A stretch of DNA of 64,000 bases from Eledone cirrhosa (lineage: Eukaryota): the NCBI GenBank assembly GCA_964016885.1, contig OZ024741.1:253456001-253520000 (forward strand), written 5' to 3'. The notes below the pieces were generated by a model, which made no database searches, was not told the DNA's origin, and worked only from the letters and a program-made list of their open reading frames with translations. The position numbers and the translations under genes are program-made. Shown here piece by piece: positions 13,850 to 28,014 of the stretch (its first letter is position 1; each line of letters begins with the position of its first letter).

Positions 13850-14211
13850 GGAGGCACATGGCTTAGTGGTTAGAGCATTGGCTTTGCAATCGAAAGGTTG
13901 TGAGTTCAATTCCCAGACTGGGTGATGTGTTGTTTCCTTGAGCAAGACACTTTATTTCACATTGCTCCAGTTTACTCAGCTGTAGAAATGAGATGCATTC
14001 CACTGCAAAGTGGTCGTGGAGGTGCCACGGCAAAAAAGCACCCAGCACTCACTGTAAAGTGGACGTGAAGGCGCCACGGAAAAAAAGCACCCAGCACTCA
14101 CTGTAAATGAGGTTGGTGTTAGGAAGGGCATCCAACTGTAGAAATCAAGCCAGAATCAGTTCCCGTCCCACCCTTGCAAGCAGGGAAAAGGGGACGTAAA
14201 ATGAAATGAAA
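13850..14211 (+). mobile_element. Full tRNA-head SINE with RTE-derived 3' tail
   Basis: A box tggcttagtggttag, B box gagttcaattcc, ccttgagcaagacactt core, two RTE 3'UTR units, gttaggaagggcatcca motif, (tgaaa)n tail. Confidence 0.85.
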
Positions 14212-14796
14212 TATATTTATATATAAATATATATATATATATATATACAGTCAGTAGGCATCTCTATCAAAACACACCCCCGTCCCACCACCCCCACCCC
14301 CATCCACACCGCCCCTTTCAATGTAAAGTTATGTTGGTGCCACAACATCCAGGCCGAAACAAATGAGATCGTGTAGGTGTCTGTAATGTGGCCGTGTAGG
14401 CAACACGATAAAAACCTCATGTGGTTGGTGTTAGGAAGGGCATCCAGCTGCAGAAAACCCGCCAGACAGTCCACGCTGCAATGTGGCCGTGTAGGCAACA
14501 CGGTAAAAACCTCTCAGCCCCACACTGTAAATGTGGTTGGTATTAGGAAGGGCATCCAGCTGTAGAAAACCTGCCAGACAATCACTCTTGCCTCAAGTGG
14601 GAAAATCCCCATCCAAACCCATGCAAGTGTGGAACACGGACGTTAAACGTTGATGATGATGATGATGATGATATGTATATATATATTTATATATAAATAT
14701 ATTTCATTTCATTTTATATATATATATATATATTTATATATTTATATATATATATTTATATATATATATATATATTTATATATTTATATATATATA

Positions 14797-16139
14797 TCAT
14801 CATCATCATCATCACCGTTTTACGTCCGTTCTTCCACGCTAGCATGGGTTAGACGGGTTGTCCTGTTGTGGGCAGTGTCTGGTCGGCTGACCATGCCTTG
14901 CTCATACAGGAACTGATCTGGCTTGATTTCTACAGCTGGATGCCCTTCCTAACACCAACCTCATTTACAGTGAGTGCTGGGTGCTTTTTCGTGGCGCCTA
15001 CACGTCCACTTTACAGTGTGGGCTGGGTGCTTTTTTGCCGTGGCACCTCCACGACCACCTTGCGGTGGGGGGGGGGGGGGCATATTGTTTATATGCTTCA
15101 GCATGTACCCATGGGAGGTCGGGTACCCTGTATTACTGCGTGACGCCAGAAGTCACGGTCGTGTGTCATTGACTTTGAGAGGTGTAGTTGGGTAAGGTCG
15201 GCTTTTATCACCTCATCCCAAGTCATCTTGGGTCTCCCCACTCCGCGGTTTCCATCAACTTCTAGTGCTCTGCACCTTTTTATGCAGCTGTCATCCTTCA
15301 TACGCATCACATGTCCATACCAGCGTAACCGCCTCTCCTGCACGCAGCATTTGATTCCTCTTATGCTCAGTCTCTCTCTCAATTCATTTATGCTTTGTCG
15401 TTCACGTATATTACTGTTACACATCCATCGGAGCATGCAGGCTTCGTTTCTCTCTAATCTACGTAAGTCTTCCACCTTCAGCGCCCAGGTCTCACTACCA
15501 TGCAACATCGCTGTTCGGATACACGCATCATACAGTCTGCCTTTCATTCTGAGGGAGAAGCCTTTTGCAGCTAGCAGTGGTAGTAGTTCCCTAAACTTCT
15601 TCCATCCCGTTCTTACCCTAGTTATTGTACTTTCTGAGCACCCACCTCCGTTGCTAATTCGGTCACCTAGGTAGCAGAAGCTGTCTACTGTTTCTACAGG
15701 GCCCTCCCAGAGATTGGTGGTACTTGTTTCCTGTGGCTGTTTGCTTGCTGTTTCAGCACAGCTGCTGCATGTGAATCCTACATTCTTAATTAAGCTTCCT
15801 GAGATCCCGCTACATCTCTTGTGTACCCATTGTTTGCATTTGGGGCAAAGAATGGAGTTCCTACCTACACCTTTCCTACATACTGAGCAAGGCCATTTCC
15901 CTGAGGGGATCTGGGTTCTGTTTTCTCGTCTACTTATAAGGACCTTAGTCTTTGTCATGTTGACTTTGAGGCCCTTTCTCTCTAGTCCCTGCTTCCAGGT
16001 TTGGAATTTATTCTCTAGTTCTACCATAGATTCAGCTATGAGTGTGAGGTCATCAGCATACAGGAGTTCCCATGGGCATCCGGTCTTAAACTCCTCCGTT
16101 ATTGCCTGCAGGACTATGATGAACAGGAGAGGGCTAAGA
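14797..16139 (-). mobile_element. 5'-truncated RTE LINE with open RT C-terminal half (ORF 15098-16027 and upstream codons)
   Basis: LSPLLF...WELLYADD, PHD-like region, [16 protein letters not shown], 3'UTR and (GAT)n tail. Confidence 0.93.
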
Positions 16140-16904
16140 ACATATATATGTATAGCATACCAATCCTGGGCATCTGGTTAGAATGGCTCAGGAAAGAATC
16201 GCTGGGTAGATTTTAGGAGCAAAACCAGCTGGCATTAGACCCCAAGCAAGATGGATCCAGTTAATTGGAAATGGTTGCTTCTGGCAGGACACACTGAAAA
16301 GAGTGTTTGAGGACTTTGCCCTCGGGGCTCTCTCAGGTATAAGTGGGTGAAGAACAAGAATAGAAGAGAATCATGGACTCCAAAAATTGAATATCTTTAA
16401 AGCTATTATGATCAATGGCAGACTCATTAGAACGTCACATAGAATGTTTTGGGGTATTTGTTTTGGCTTTCTGTTCTCTGAGTTCAAATCCCAGTGAGAT
16501 CAACTTTCCCTTTTATCCATTCAAGGTCGATAAAAAAGTAACAGTCATGCACTGGTGTCGATTCATCATATGTCAATATGACGCCCTATAACTTCCTCAG
16601 GAGTTACGGGACCATGCATGTAGATGAGTAACTTTGGAGAAATAACTATTTGCAGGGACAAATGTAGGGTTAGAAACCAGGACTTTGTGATTCAAAAGTG
16701 AACTTCTTAATGTAGCAACATGACTGATATTGAAAATCCAATATGTGTATATGTGTGCATGTGTGTTTGTGCATGTAAATTTGGGAGAGTTACAGACAGT
16801 GATATATACAAATATATAAACACACATAGCATATTATCATCATGGATATGTATGTATGTAAGAATGTATATATGTATATATGTATATATGTATCTCCGGG
16901 AGAG

Positions 16905-17305
16905 ATGACCCCTTAGCCTTTGTCAAGGCAGAATTCTAGGAGAAGGAAAACTCTGATATAACACCTGCAACTCTGATGGTATCCAATGATGTTGACTTGT
17001 TCTTCTTTTTGGTAAATATCATCTTGGTTAAGAGAGTGGGACTGGCTTTGTGCAGTGCCTTTGCTCACTATAAAAGCTTCACGGCACAGGCATTGCTTTA
17101 TATCTGGAGATCTCTCTGCACTTGTCATCACATGGTATCATGGGCCCAGCACTGTGTCAATATTTGTCACAAGTGTAGTGTTTGTACCAGAGTTTTCAAG
17201 TCGCTGGCTGGACTAAAAAGTCACACTCGTTCAGCACATCGGTAGGGGTTCTCCTACATGGATATAAAGTAGTGGCCGTACTCGAAAACGAGTTGGCAGC
17301 CACCA
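16905..17305 (+). mobile_element. Internally deleted non-autonomous RTE/BovB-like element
   Basis: Ends in C2H2 finger CSVCTRVFKSLAGLKSHTRSAHR* followed by a short UTR; near-identical copy at 46036-46408. Confidence 0.6.
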
Positions 17306-18207
17306 TATATGTATGTACATATGTGTGCATATGTGTATATGCATATATGACTATGTATATATGTGCACAATAGTCTGCACCAATCTACTCTTCATCTCTC
17401 CCCAATCTTAATACCCTGCTCTTACCAGATAACTATCCCAGGCACCTCATTGATCTCAAACTTGCTTACTTGTCCCCTTCGTCCTCCAAACCCTCATCCC
17501 TGATACACCTTGCCTACCCAACCAACACATACAATCATGAAAGCTTGATTCACTCTATATTTGATCTCCCACAATATCGTTACCATGACAAAAGCACTAA
17601 GTCCACCAAGTATGCTGATCCGGTGTCCCAACAACAAAAACATCCATTCTCCTCTGTCAGATAATCGTGCAACAAAAACAAAAACACCCAGTCCTCTCTG
17701 TTAATTGGTCATTGATTTTGGTGTTACAATAAAAATCACCTGAACAGGGTTGACATTAAGAAGGGCATCCAGCTGTAGAAACCAAGCCAAAATACAGATC
17801 CGTATGAGCAAGACATGGTCACCCGACCTGAATTGTCTCTTCTAACCCATGCAAGCATGGACGAATGGGTATTAAACGTCGATGATGATGGTGACACATA
17901 TATATACACATATATATATATATATATATACATACATATATATATATACATACATATATATATATACACACACATATATATATATACACACATATATATA
18001 TATATACATACATATATATATATACACACACATATATATATATACACACATTTATATATATATATACATACATATATATATATATACATACATATATATA
18101 TATACATATATATATATACATACATAGATATATATATACATATATATTTACATATATAAATCTATTAAATGGTTTTAGAAAATCTATTCTGTCATCTCAA
18201 TTTGTTT

Positions 18208-18277
<70 letters not shown>

Positions 18278-19139
18278 TACACTCTGATGTTTTTGCCTAA
18301 AGTATGTGTGGTGAAATATATACTATACAGTTTATGAGTGTAGTGTGTGTGTGTATGTGTGTTGAATTATATACTGCATGGTGAATAGAATGGAAAATGT
18401 GTGATGAAATATCTACAGTGTATAGCCAGATGTAGAAGTGTGTGTGTGTGTATTGAAATATAATCTACTGGGTTTTTTTCTGCTGAAATATATATAATGT
18501 GTGGTGTACAGTGTGTGGTGTATAATGAATGATGTGTGGTGAGTGTATAGAGGTTGGATTGATGGAATATATATTGTAGAGTTCAGTGTGTAGTGTTAAT
18601 AGTGTTAATATTTTTACACTGTCTGGTGTGTGTTTTGGGGTTTAAATGATGGTATATATATACTGTAGTGTGCTGTGTAGAATATTGAGTGTTGAAATAT
18701 ATACACAGTAGTGTGTGGTGTATAGAATCTTGACTTTTGAAATATATATATTGCAGTGTGTGATGTATAGAGTCATGACTGTTGAAATATATATGCAGTA
18801 GTGTGTAGTGTATAATGGTTTGTATGGAGGGAAATATAGAGTCAGGGGAGTCATTATCATTATCATCCTCATCATTTAATGTCTGTCTTCTCTGCTAACA
18901 AGGGTTGGACAGGTCTTCACAGACTAAATCAGTACTCAAGTAATAACCACTCGGGTGGAGCGGGGTGGTGGGTGGGGGCAGTATCTCACATATGTTCTTG
19001 CTTTCTGATTTGACGGCCAGGATCCTGCATCTTGCTTGCATACATATGCTTTTACGCTCTACCAAAGGTCCAGATAGGCTGGGGGACCTACTTTGCATTT
19101 ACACATGTTCCTATACTCAACCAAATACATACTTTAGTA

Positions 19140-19478
19140 CAGAGGTTCTCAAAATGGATGCTACCGCCCATCGGGGGGCCATTGAGAAGGTCCAGGGGAT
19201 GCTGGAGTCTATGGGGGTGGTAGAGATGATATAATAGTATATTAAATATCAAATGATACATATTACATATAAATATCGTAAAATAAAAAATATATAATAT
19301 TTATTTATACATAGTATATATTATATTATTCATTATATATAAATTGACGATTTTATTTATTATATATTATTTATAATTTGCATGTAGATAGGTCACTCTG
19401 GAAATAGGGGTGGGGTCCACTGAGGGTATTATGTGGCTCTGAGGGGGGACGGTGGCTCAAAAAGTTTGAGAACCTCTG
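19140..19478. mobile_element. hAT (Charlie-like) MITE
   Basis: 14-bp TIRs cagaggttctcaaa/tttgagaacctctg; degenerate 8-bp TSD ctttagta/caatagtg. Confidence 0.85.
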
Positions 19479-20158
19479 CAATAGTGGCATCGGCACTAGA
19501 GAGGTTGTCATGCCTTTAGCACAGCTGAAGAGTTCTCCCAACCCTTTGTCTGGTAGGCTTTCCAGAGCTGGGTGCACTTCCTATCACAAGTCCTTGATTC
19601 ATAAAATATACACACTCTGTGTTGCGTGTATATAGATTTATCCCCATCTAAGTATACAACCTCTTTATATGTGTATTTATATATATATGGTTGCTTGTGC
19701 GAATATATGTATATATATATATATATATGCATGTGTATGTATATGTGTATGTGGATATGTGTGCATATATGTATGAGTGTATGCATTTGCATTTGTGTTA
19801 TATATATGTATTTGTATGGTTGCTTGAGTGAACATGTGTATGTGTGTATATGTGTAAGTTTTTTTATGTGTCAGTGCATATATTTTTGTTGTATGTGTAT
19901 GCAAGTATGATTATGTGCTTGTATGTATGTCTATGTGTGTATATCTTTGTATATGTATTTGTACGTGTGTATATATGTGTACACATGTATGTATATATGT
20001 GTGTGTGTATGAACTACACACTTTAGTCTGTCTCATCTCTTTAATTGATGGAAGACACTTCCTGGTTATCATGTTGCACTCAACATAGTTGAACCTACAA
20101 TCACACACATGCTCACATACAACGTACCCACTTACACACACATATACATATACATACG

Positions 20159-20191
<33 letters not shown>

Positions 20192-20245
20192 CATACTCAC
20201 ATACAACAGACCCACTTACACACACACACATACACACACACACAC

Positions 20246-20308
<63 letters not shown>

Positions 20309-20780
20309 AATGCACACATACACATACTGCATGTACAGATATATACACATAAGCATAAGCATGTACAGACAAATCCATCCACAAACTCATATATATATTA
20401 TGTATATATGTATATATATATATTATATATATATATGTATGTATGTATACCCCCCTTAAAAAATATACTCAATTATATTAACCCCAGTAATTAACTTATC
20501 AACTTTGAAAGGTAGACCCCAAGCAATGTGGTTAGATAACATCCATGGGCTCAGCTGGTCTCACTTGGGGATCCAGTTAGATCAATTGTTGAGGGTTGCT
20601 TCTGACAGGACCTTCTGAAAGGAGTGTTTGAAGACTCTTCCCCCAAGACCCTTCCAGGAATAAATGAACAAAGAAGAAAAAGAAGAACCTTGAAAGGAAA
20701 AATGTTGACCTTGGTGAGATTTGAACTCAGATCACACTGTGCATTTAAGTTGATGCCCCAACAACAATGCTAATTCACTA

Positions 20781-20833
<53 letters not shown>

Positions 20834-21214
20834 GTGTTCCACAACCAATTAACAAACCATACATGAGAACACTCATTTCACGTGAAGGATTCTTCAACTC
20901 AAGTATGGTTATGGTTATAGTGAAAAGAGAAGTATTTATAGCTGGCCAGATTCAGTTGTGGCAGATGTCAGCAGTTGCGTGACAAGCGAGGTAACCTAAG
21001 TATGATTATTGTAGAGGAGAGAAATTTTGGAGAACGATCCATTGTGATAGCTCAGCCAGTGTTAAACTTCTGGTTATCCAGGGTCCTTCCAGTTATGCAA
21101 TAAAAAGTTTGTTTGCAGCATGGGGGACAGCGAGTAAATTAAATCGGCTCTCGTGTTAAGGCAAGCACTGTTACGTAACCTCTGCAAGATATTTGCTCTT
21201 TCATCGATGCACAA

Positions 21215-21660
21215 CTAACAGGACCTCCAGTATATCTTAACTGTACTTCAGACATCCTATATGCCTTCACACCACTACAGACATCTAATATGTCTTTGGT
21301 CTACTACAGACCTCCAGTATGTCTTAAATTACCTACACACATTCAGTGTCCCTAGATCTTAAATATGGCTTCACTCCACTACAGAACTCCAATATAGCTT
21401 CATTGAACTAAATTGCCTCCAATATGTCTTTGTTTCACTAAAGAACTCCAATCTGTTTTCATTCCACTACATACCTCCAATATATATTTACATCACTACA
21501 GACTTCGAGTATGTCTTTATTATACTACAGACCACCAATATGGCTTCACTCCTCCACAGATTTCCAATATTTCATCATTCAACTACATCCCTCCAGTATG
21601 TCTTATTCCACTACAGATCTCCAGTATGTCTTCACATCAGTATGTGTTTACAACAGTATC
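21215..21660. repeat. Old degenerate ~29-30 bp tandem repeat
   Basis: Recurrent cactacagacctccagtatgtctt-like unit. Confidence 0.6.
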
Positions 21661-21992
21661 TATTCTACATTTTACTAAGTCATCATGAGACCACTACATC
21701 GCTACATCATTACCACACTGCCAGATCAGCATGCTACTCGACACCACCACCAAACTATGCCTCTATACAGCCATGCTACCAAACAACACCACCAGAATAC
21801 CATTTCTTGGCATCACAACACCACCATGCCTTGGCATCACAACACCACCATGATAGCACAATACTACACCACACTTCCACAACACTCCACCATGCCACAA
21901 TGTTACACCATACTTCTACACCACACCACATCACTATACCTCCACATCTCCACCACAAAGAATTTTTATTCTATTGACATCAGAATAAATTT

Positions 21993-22063
<71 letters not shown>

Positions 22064-22117
22064 GTTTATGAGTGTGTATATGTATTTTGTGTGTATTTGT
22101 ATTTGTGTACATACAGT

Positions 22118-22225
<108 letters not shown>

Positions 22226-22595
22226 TGTGTGTGCGCGTGTGGATTGAAAAAAAACACTGAAAAACTAAAATATTTTGAAAACGGAAATTTCTGTTTTTTC
22301 ATCATTTTTTCAAGTCATTTTAACATTTTTCTTGTGCTGTAGTGGTTGTGGTCATGGTGTGTGGTGATGTTGCGGTGGTGGTGGTGGTAGTGGTGTAGTG
22401 GTGGTGGTAGTGGCGTAATGGTGGTGGTGTAGTCTAGAAATGGAAGTAGGAGTGGATAAATAGAAGAGAGAGAGAGAGAGAAAACTAGATGTAGTGAGGA
22501 ATGTATATATATAAATATATATGTGTGTGCTTTTATATGTATATATATATACATATATGTGTATATATGTACATATGTGTGTGTATATATATTTA

Positions 22596-22652
<57 letters not shown>

Positions 22653-22706
22653 GCATATGTATGTGTGTATATATATATATATATGTGTGTGTATATACAG
22701 GCATAT

Positions 22707-22757
<51 letters not shown>

Positions 22758-22869
22758 CAGGCATATGTATGTGTGTGTATACATATAGAGAGAGATAGAG
22801 AGGTGATATAAGGAAGTTAGAAAAAAGTAGATTGATTAATAGAGATGATGGTGAGAGGGGGTGAAAGGC

Positions 22870-25025
22870 TACACTACACCTCCGCTGCCGCCATCAGCTA
22901 CTATCACACCCTAACCATCCACCTCCACCATCACCACCTCCACCACCACCGCTATCATAAACCAATATAAAGCACCAACAACAATAACCATTGCCACCAT
23001 AAACAAACAACACCACCAACAATAACAAACACTAGCACCACAAACAACACCACCACTACCACTACTACAACCATCACTACCACTACTACAACCATCACTA
23101 CCACTACTACAACCACCACTACCACTACTACAACCATCACTACCACTACTACAACCATCACTACCACTACTACAACCATCACTACCACTACTACAACCAC
23201 CACTACCACTACTACAACCATCACTACCACTACTACAACCATCACTACCACTACTACAACCACCACTACCACTACTACAACCATCACTACCACTACTACA
23301 ACTACAACCTTTACCACGACTAACACCCCACATACCGCCATAGACCACAACCACCACTTCTACACACCACCATCACCAACTTCTCTTCATACCATTCATT
23401 CTTCCCACCACTCATCACCACCACCACTCACCATCACCACTCACCACCACCACCAGTCATCACCACCACTCATCACCACCACCACTCACCATCACCACTC
23501 ACCACCACCACCAGTCATCACCACCACTCATCACCACCACCACTCACCATCACCACTCACCACCACCACCAGTCATCACCACCACTCATCACCACCAGCA
23601 CTCACCATCACCACTCACCACCACCACCAGTCATCACCACCACTCATCACCACCACCACTCACCATCACCACTCACCACCACCACCAGTCATCACCACCA
23701 CCACCACTCATCACCACCACTCACCATCACCACTCACCTCCACCACTCACTGCAACCACCACCACCACCACTCACCACCAACACACACCACCACCACTCC
23801 TCACCACCATCACTCCGCACCACCACCATCACAAACACCACCACTCACCACCACCACCACCACCACTCCCCACCACTCCTCACCAACACCACTTACTACC
23901 ACCACCACATGCCACCAACACCACTCACCACCACCACCACCACTGTCTACCTCTCACCACCACCACTCCCCACTACTCACCACTACCACCACCACCACCA
24001 CCACTCACCACCACCATCACACACACCACCACCACCAACACACCATCCACCACACTCACCATCACACACACCACCACCACCACCTCCACACACCACCACC
24101 ATCATACCACCCACCACTTTCGCACATACACTACCACCACCACCACCACCATCACACACACCACCACCACCATCACACCACTCACCACTTTCACACATAC
24201 ACTACCACCACCACCACCATCACACCACCCACCACTTTCACACATACACTACCACCACCACCACCACCATCACACACACCACCACCACCATCACACCACT
24301 CACCACTTTCACACATACACTACCACCACCACCACCATCACACCACTCACCACTTTCACACATACACTACCACCACCACCACCATCACACCACCCACCAC
24401 TTTCACACACACACTACCACCACCACCACCATCACACACACCACCACCACCATTACACACCACCACCACCACCACCACCACCACCACCATTACACACCAC
24501 CACCACCACCACCACCACCACCACCATCACACCACTCACCACTTTCACACATACACTACCACCACCACCACCATCACACCACCCACCACTTTCACACATA
24601 CACTACCACCACCACCACCACCATCACACACACCACCACCACCACCACCACCATTACACACCACCACCTCCACCACCACCACCACCATTACACACCACCA
24701 TTACACACCACCACCACCATCACCACCTCTCTCCATACCATTCATTGTAAAGCCATCAGTGAATGACATTTACCAGTGTATCCCACCATGTCCTCTCACT
24801 GGTCAATCTATTCATGAGCCAACTGACCAACACGTCCAGCCATTGTTCTCTGACCAAAGTGGATCAATAATCCACATACAGCTGTGTGTGTGGTAGGAGG
24901 GGCTCTTTCTCTCTCTGCTGGACACTTGATCACATGGTCTATGATGTCATTCGTTTAGTTTATTAGTGCAGTCTGGATTGGTGGAGACTTTCTTGTTGCC
25001 ATGGAAGACCACTGGACAAAGAAAT

Positions 25026-25059
<34 letters not shown>

Positions 25060-25064
25060 TGGTA

Positions 25065-25126
<62 letters not shown>

Positions 25127-25196
25127 GGTGGTGGTGGTGGTAGTTATAGTAGTAGTAGTGGTGGTGGTGGTTGTGGGGATGAAATTAGTGGTAGTG

Positions 25197-25232
<36 letters not shown>

Positions 25233-25262
25233 TATGTGATAGTGGTGGTGGTGGGGTGGTAT

Positions 25263-25317
<55 letters not shown>

Positions 25318-25355
25318 GGTATTAGTAGTAGTAGTGGTAGTTGTAGTAGTAGTAA
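22870..25355. repeat. (CAC)/(CTA)/(GTA) low-complexity block with 21-bp and ~60-bp higher-order units
   Basis: accactactacaaccatcact repeated ~12 times at 23050-23305; 60-bp CAC-rich units at 23410-23700; (GTA)n at 25025-25355. Confidence 0.9.
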
Positions 25356-26187
25356 GACTAGCAGCACCAGAGCAGGACTGATCCAACTGATATATAATCC
25401 AATACAATCCAATCATGACCATCCATTCTTTTATATTCACACATTATATTTATCACTTCCATATCCAATATAGATTTCACTTGAAAAAGTCCAGTATAAT
25501 TTGAGGGAGATTTGCCTTCTATTTCTAGCTCATTGTTTATATATACATACTCTCATTAGCTAGTGGTGTTGACAATGGTAATGATGATGATGGTATTTGA
25601 TGGGGTTTGATTTAAGGGTTTGATTTAAGGGTGATTTACCTGTTAGTTGTAGCAAGTTAAGCTAATAAGGAAGGTTCTACCTACAATGTTAGTCAAAGTG
25701 CTATAAATATCAGCCAAATCTCCCACAAATTGCTTAAGAAAATGTCAGTATGATGATCATAGCAGGAATGCTTTTGATCATAGATCTATGCAATGGGGGT
25801 GAATGACCAAGGGTTAAACAGCAACAACATAGATGCCCCTCGTTGGCCTGATGGAGATAATGCTGCTAATTTACATATATGATTATTGATTTTCCTTTCT
25901 AAACCTTCTCTTCTTTATTTCACTCCTATTCCATTAAAATCTAACAGAGACATAACCAATGTGTTGATGGCTATAGACATAGTTTTAACATTTAGTTTAG
26001 ATTTTATCACCAATTTTGACCTTCTGAAGTATTCTTTTCAGAAACATTCACCCAGATAAAGAAATGAGGAAATACATTGTGTTATTGTTTAGTACCAGGT
26101 CAGCCCCAATTGAATAGACCTAAGATTAATGTTTTTCTAGATGTCACTCTCATATATGGGCATCATGGACTATATATAGTTGTATTA

Positions 26188-26262
<75 letters not shown>

Positions 26263-26269
<7 letters not shown>

Positions 26270-26696
26270 ATACTTTGGGAGGGTCATATTTGTGTAATAT
26301 TGCCAGAATTAATAACAGAACACACTCACTGTTTGGTTGGTTTTTGCTTCTCGCTTCTGTGTCTTTTATATCGGTAATCTAACTTACTCGGTCCTCAATG
26401 TTGCCATTGACTGACTGACGGTCAAAACTAATACAGATACAATATAGACACAAACACATATATATAGTTTATCATAAATCTTTCGTTGCACATCTGCAAC
26501 ATCGTCAGTGGTGCTATATTTTCCTCCTGTTGTATTGTATGTCTACGCCATTTTTATTCAGTCTGTCTATATATTTATTTATTTATTTGCTTGTTTCTGG
26601 CAATATTACACAAATATGACCCTCCCAAAGTATAACAATATTTGTTTCGACACACGATTTCATATAAAAAACCTCGCAAAACTAATTCATCGCCGC
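26263..26696. mobile_element. Fold-back PLE-like insertion (family F): 46-bp arms, 56-nt tail, hammerhead on minus strand at 26472-26514
   Basis: 26263-26308 is the reverse complement of 26595-26640; CTGACGA-t-gttgca(gatg)tgcaac-GAAA; (TA)n on both sides. Confidence 0.75.
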
Positions 26697-26804
26697 TATA
26701 TATATATATATATATATATATATAGATGATGATGATGATGATGATGATGATATAATAGAAAAAACGAGGAAGTTTTGTTTACATATGAAAAATATTTATT
26801 GCTT

Positions 26805-26896
26805 ATCGGCCTGTTACACGTGTTTCGCAGATGATTGGCTCAAGGTAAGGCATAGGAATTATGGACCAGTATCGATCTACTCCTCAGATTGGTGAT
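26805..26896 (-). ncRNA. Type I hammerhead motif (family G) with long stem II and weak stem I
   Basis: CTGAGGA-gtagat...atctgc-GAAA-c(acgt)g-TA. Confidence 0.65.
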
Positions 26897-27042
26897 GCGA
26901 CAAAAGATATATTTTTGTTGCGGTATGTGTACTGAGAAGGTATATATATATAGGCATTAGTCCTATTTTTTTGTGTGTGGATGTATATGTATATTTTGGT
27001 GTGATTGGTGGGTAGAAATGCGGGTATGTATTCATCGGTATT

Positions 27043-27089
<47 letters not shown>

Positions 27090-27739
27090 CGAAGGAATTG
27101 TGGTAAGGAGCCAGATGGACCATAATGCACCAAAGTACTCAATACTTAGGGTAGTAGAGTGGGTAATATATATATGTATGTATGTAAAAGTTAAACAGAA
27201 ATAACAACACAATCAGTACAGTATATGAAAGGGATATATTAGGTTAACACTTGATATAGCAGGAAGAGGGTCTCAATATTTTGGATGCTAGTCATTCATC
27301 AGAAGAAAGAATGAGAAATAACATAGATTGAGGGGATGGGTGGGTTGGAATAAAAGATGTTTTTAGATAAAAACAACATGTCTATTCATGTTGACATCTC
27401 TTGCAAAACAAAGCTATGAGCAAAAGTATGTTAATATAAGGGTGTGTATACAGAGCAGTGAAGGGAAAAGTGGAGTGAGCATATATAGTCGGCATGTATT
27501 AGTTGTAAGAGAAGATGTTAATGATCAAGAGAAAGCCATATGAATCTAGGGGTGTGATAATGGACGGGGTATTAGAGAAATTGGGGAGGTGAGTTGAGTC
27601 CAAGAGGGTGTAGCAAAGTTGCCTCCCTTGTTGTGACGATCACATCACCAATAGATTAATGCTCTCTAGACAGGAAGTAGCTGGAGTTACTTTCCGTTGG
27701 GGTGGCAGAACCCTTTTTGTCACTTCCGTCTTGAGACCC

Positions 27740-27746
27740 TATAAAA
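27740..27746 (+). promoter_or_regulatory. LTR TATA box (second copy 29366-29372)
   Basis: cTATAAAAg in both LTRs; ATTAAA poly(A)-like signal at 27938-27943. Confidence 0.6.
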
Positions 27747-28002
27747 GGGATACTCAGAGCGATCTCTCTCTCATTTGCCCTTTCGGCTGCTGGCCTTCGG
27801 CCAGGCGCGTTCGCCTGGCAACCCTATCATGGTCTCTTGCGAGCTAACTTCAAAACGGTAACAAATAACTTTACTTCATTCTTTCATCTACCCATTGACA
27901 TGTCAACAATTCTGTTCTACATAACTTCAACTTGTTAATTAAACTTTATATACACAACCTAGTGTCTTGTTATATTCATACAATCCAGTATTTTGTTATA
28001 AG

Positions 28003-28014
28003 TGGTGACCCCGA
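28003..28014 (+). promoter_or_regulatory. Primer binding site, tRNA-Trp
   Basis: TGGTGACCCCGA, 2 nt after the 5' LTR, complementary to the eukaryotic tRNA-Trp 3' end (..UCGGGGUCACCA). Confidence 0.85.

Noticed and set aside
13850-13925. tRNA genes
   Set aside because: A/B boxes are SINE heads continuing into SINE bodies; no full cloverleaf seen
20830-21210. Tc1/mariner remnant (cagggtgttcca start) or exon
   Set aside because: No partner TIR or convincing transposase motif found
22911-25440. GCSSGSD repeat protein and Pro/His/Thr-rich ORFs
   Set aside because: Translations of a 21-bp minisatellite and CAC/GTA tracts
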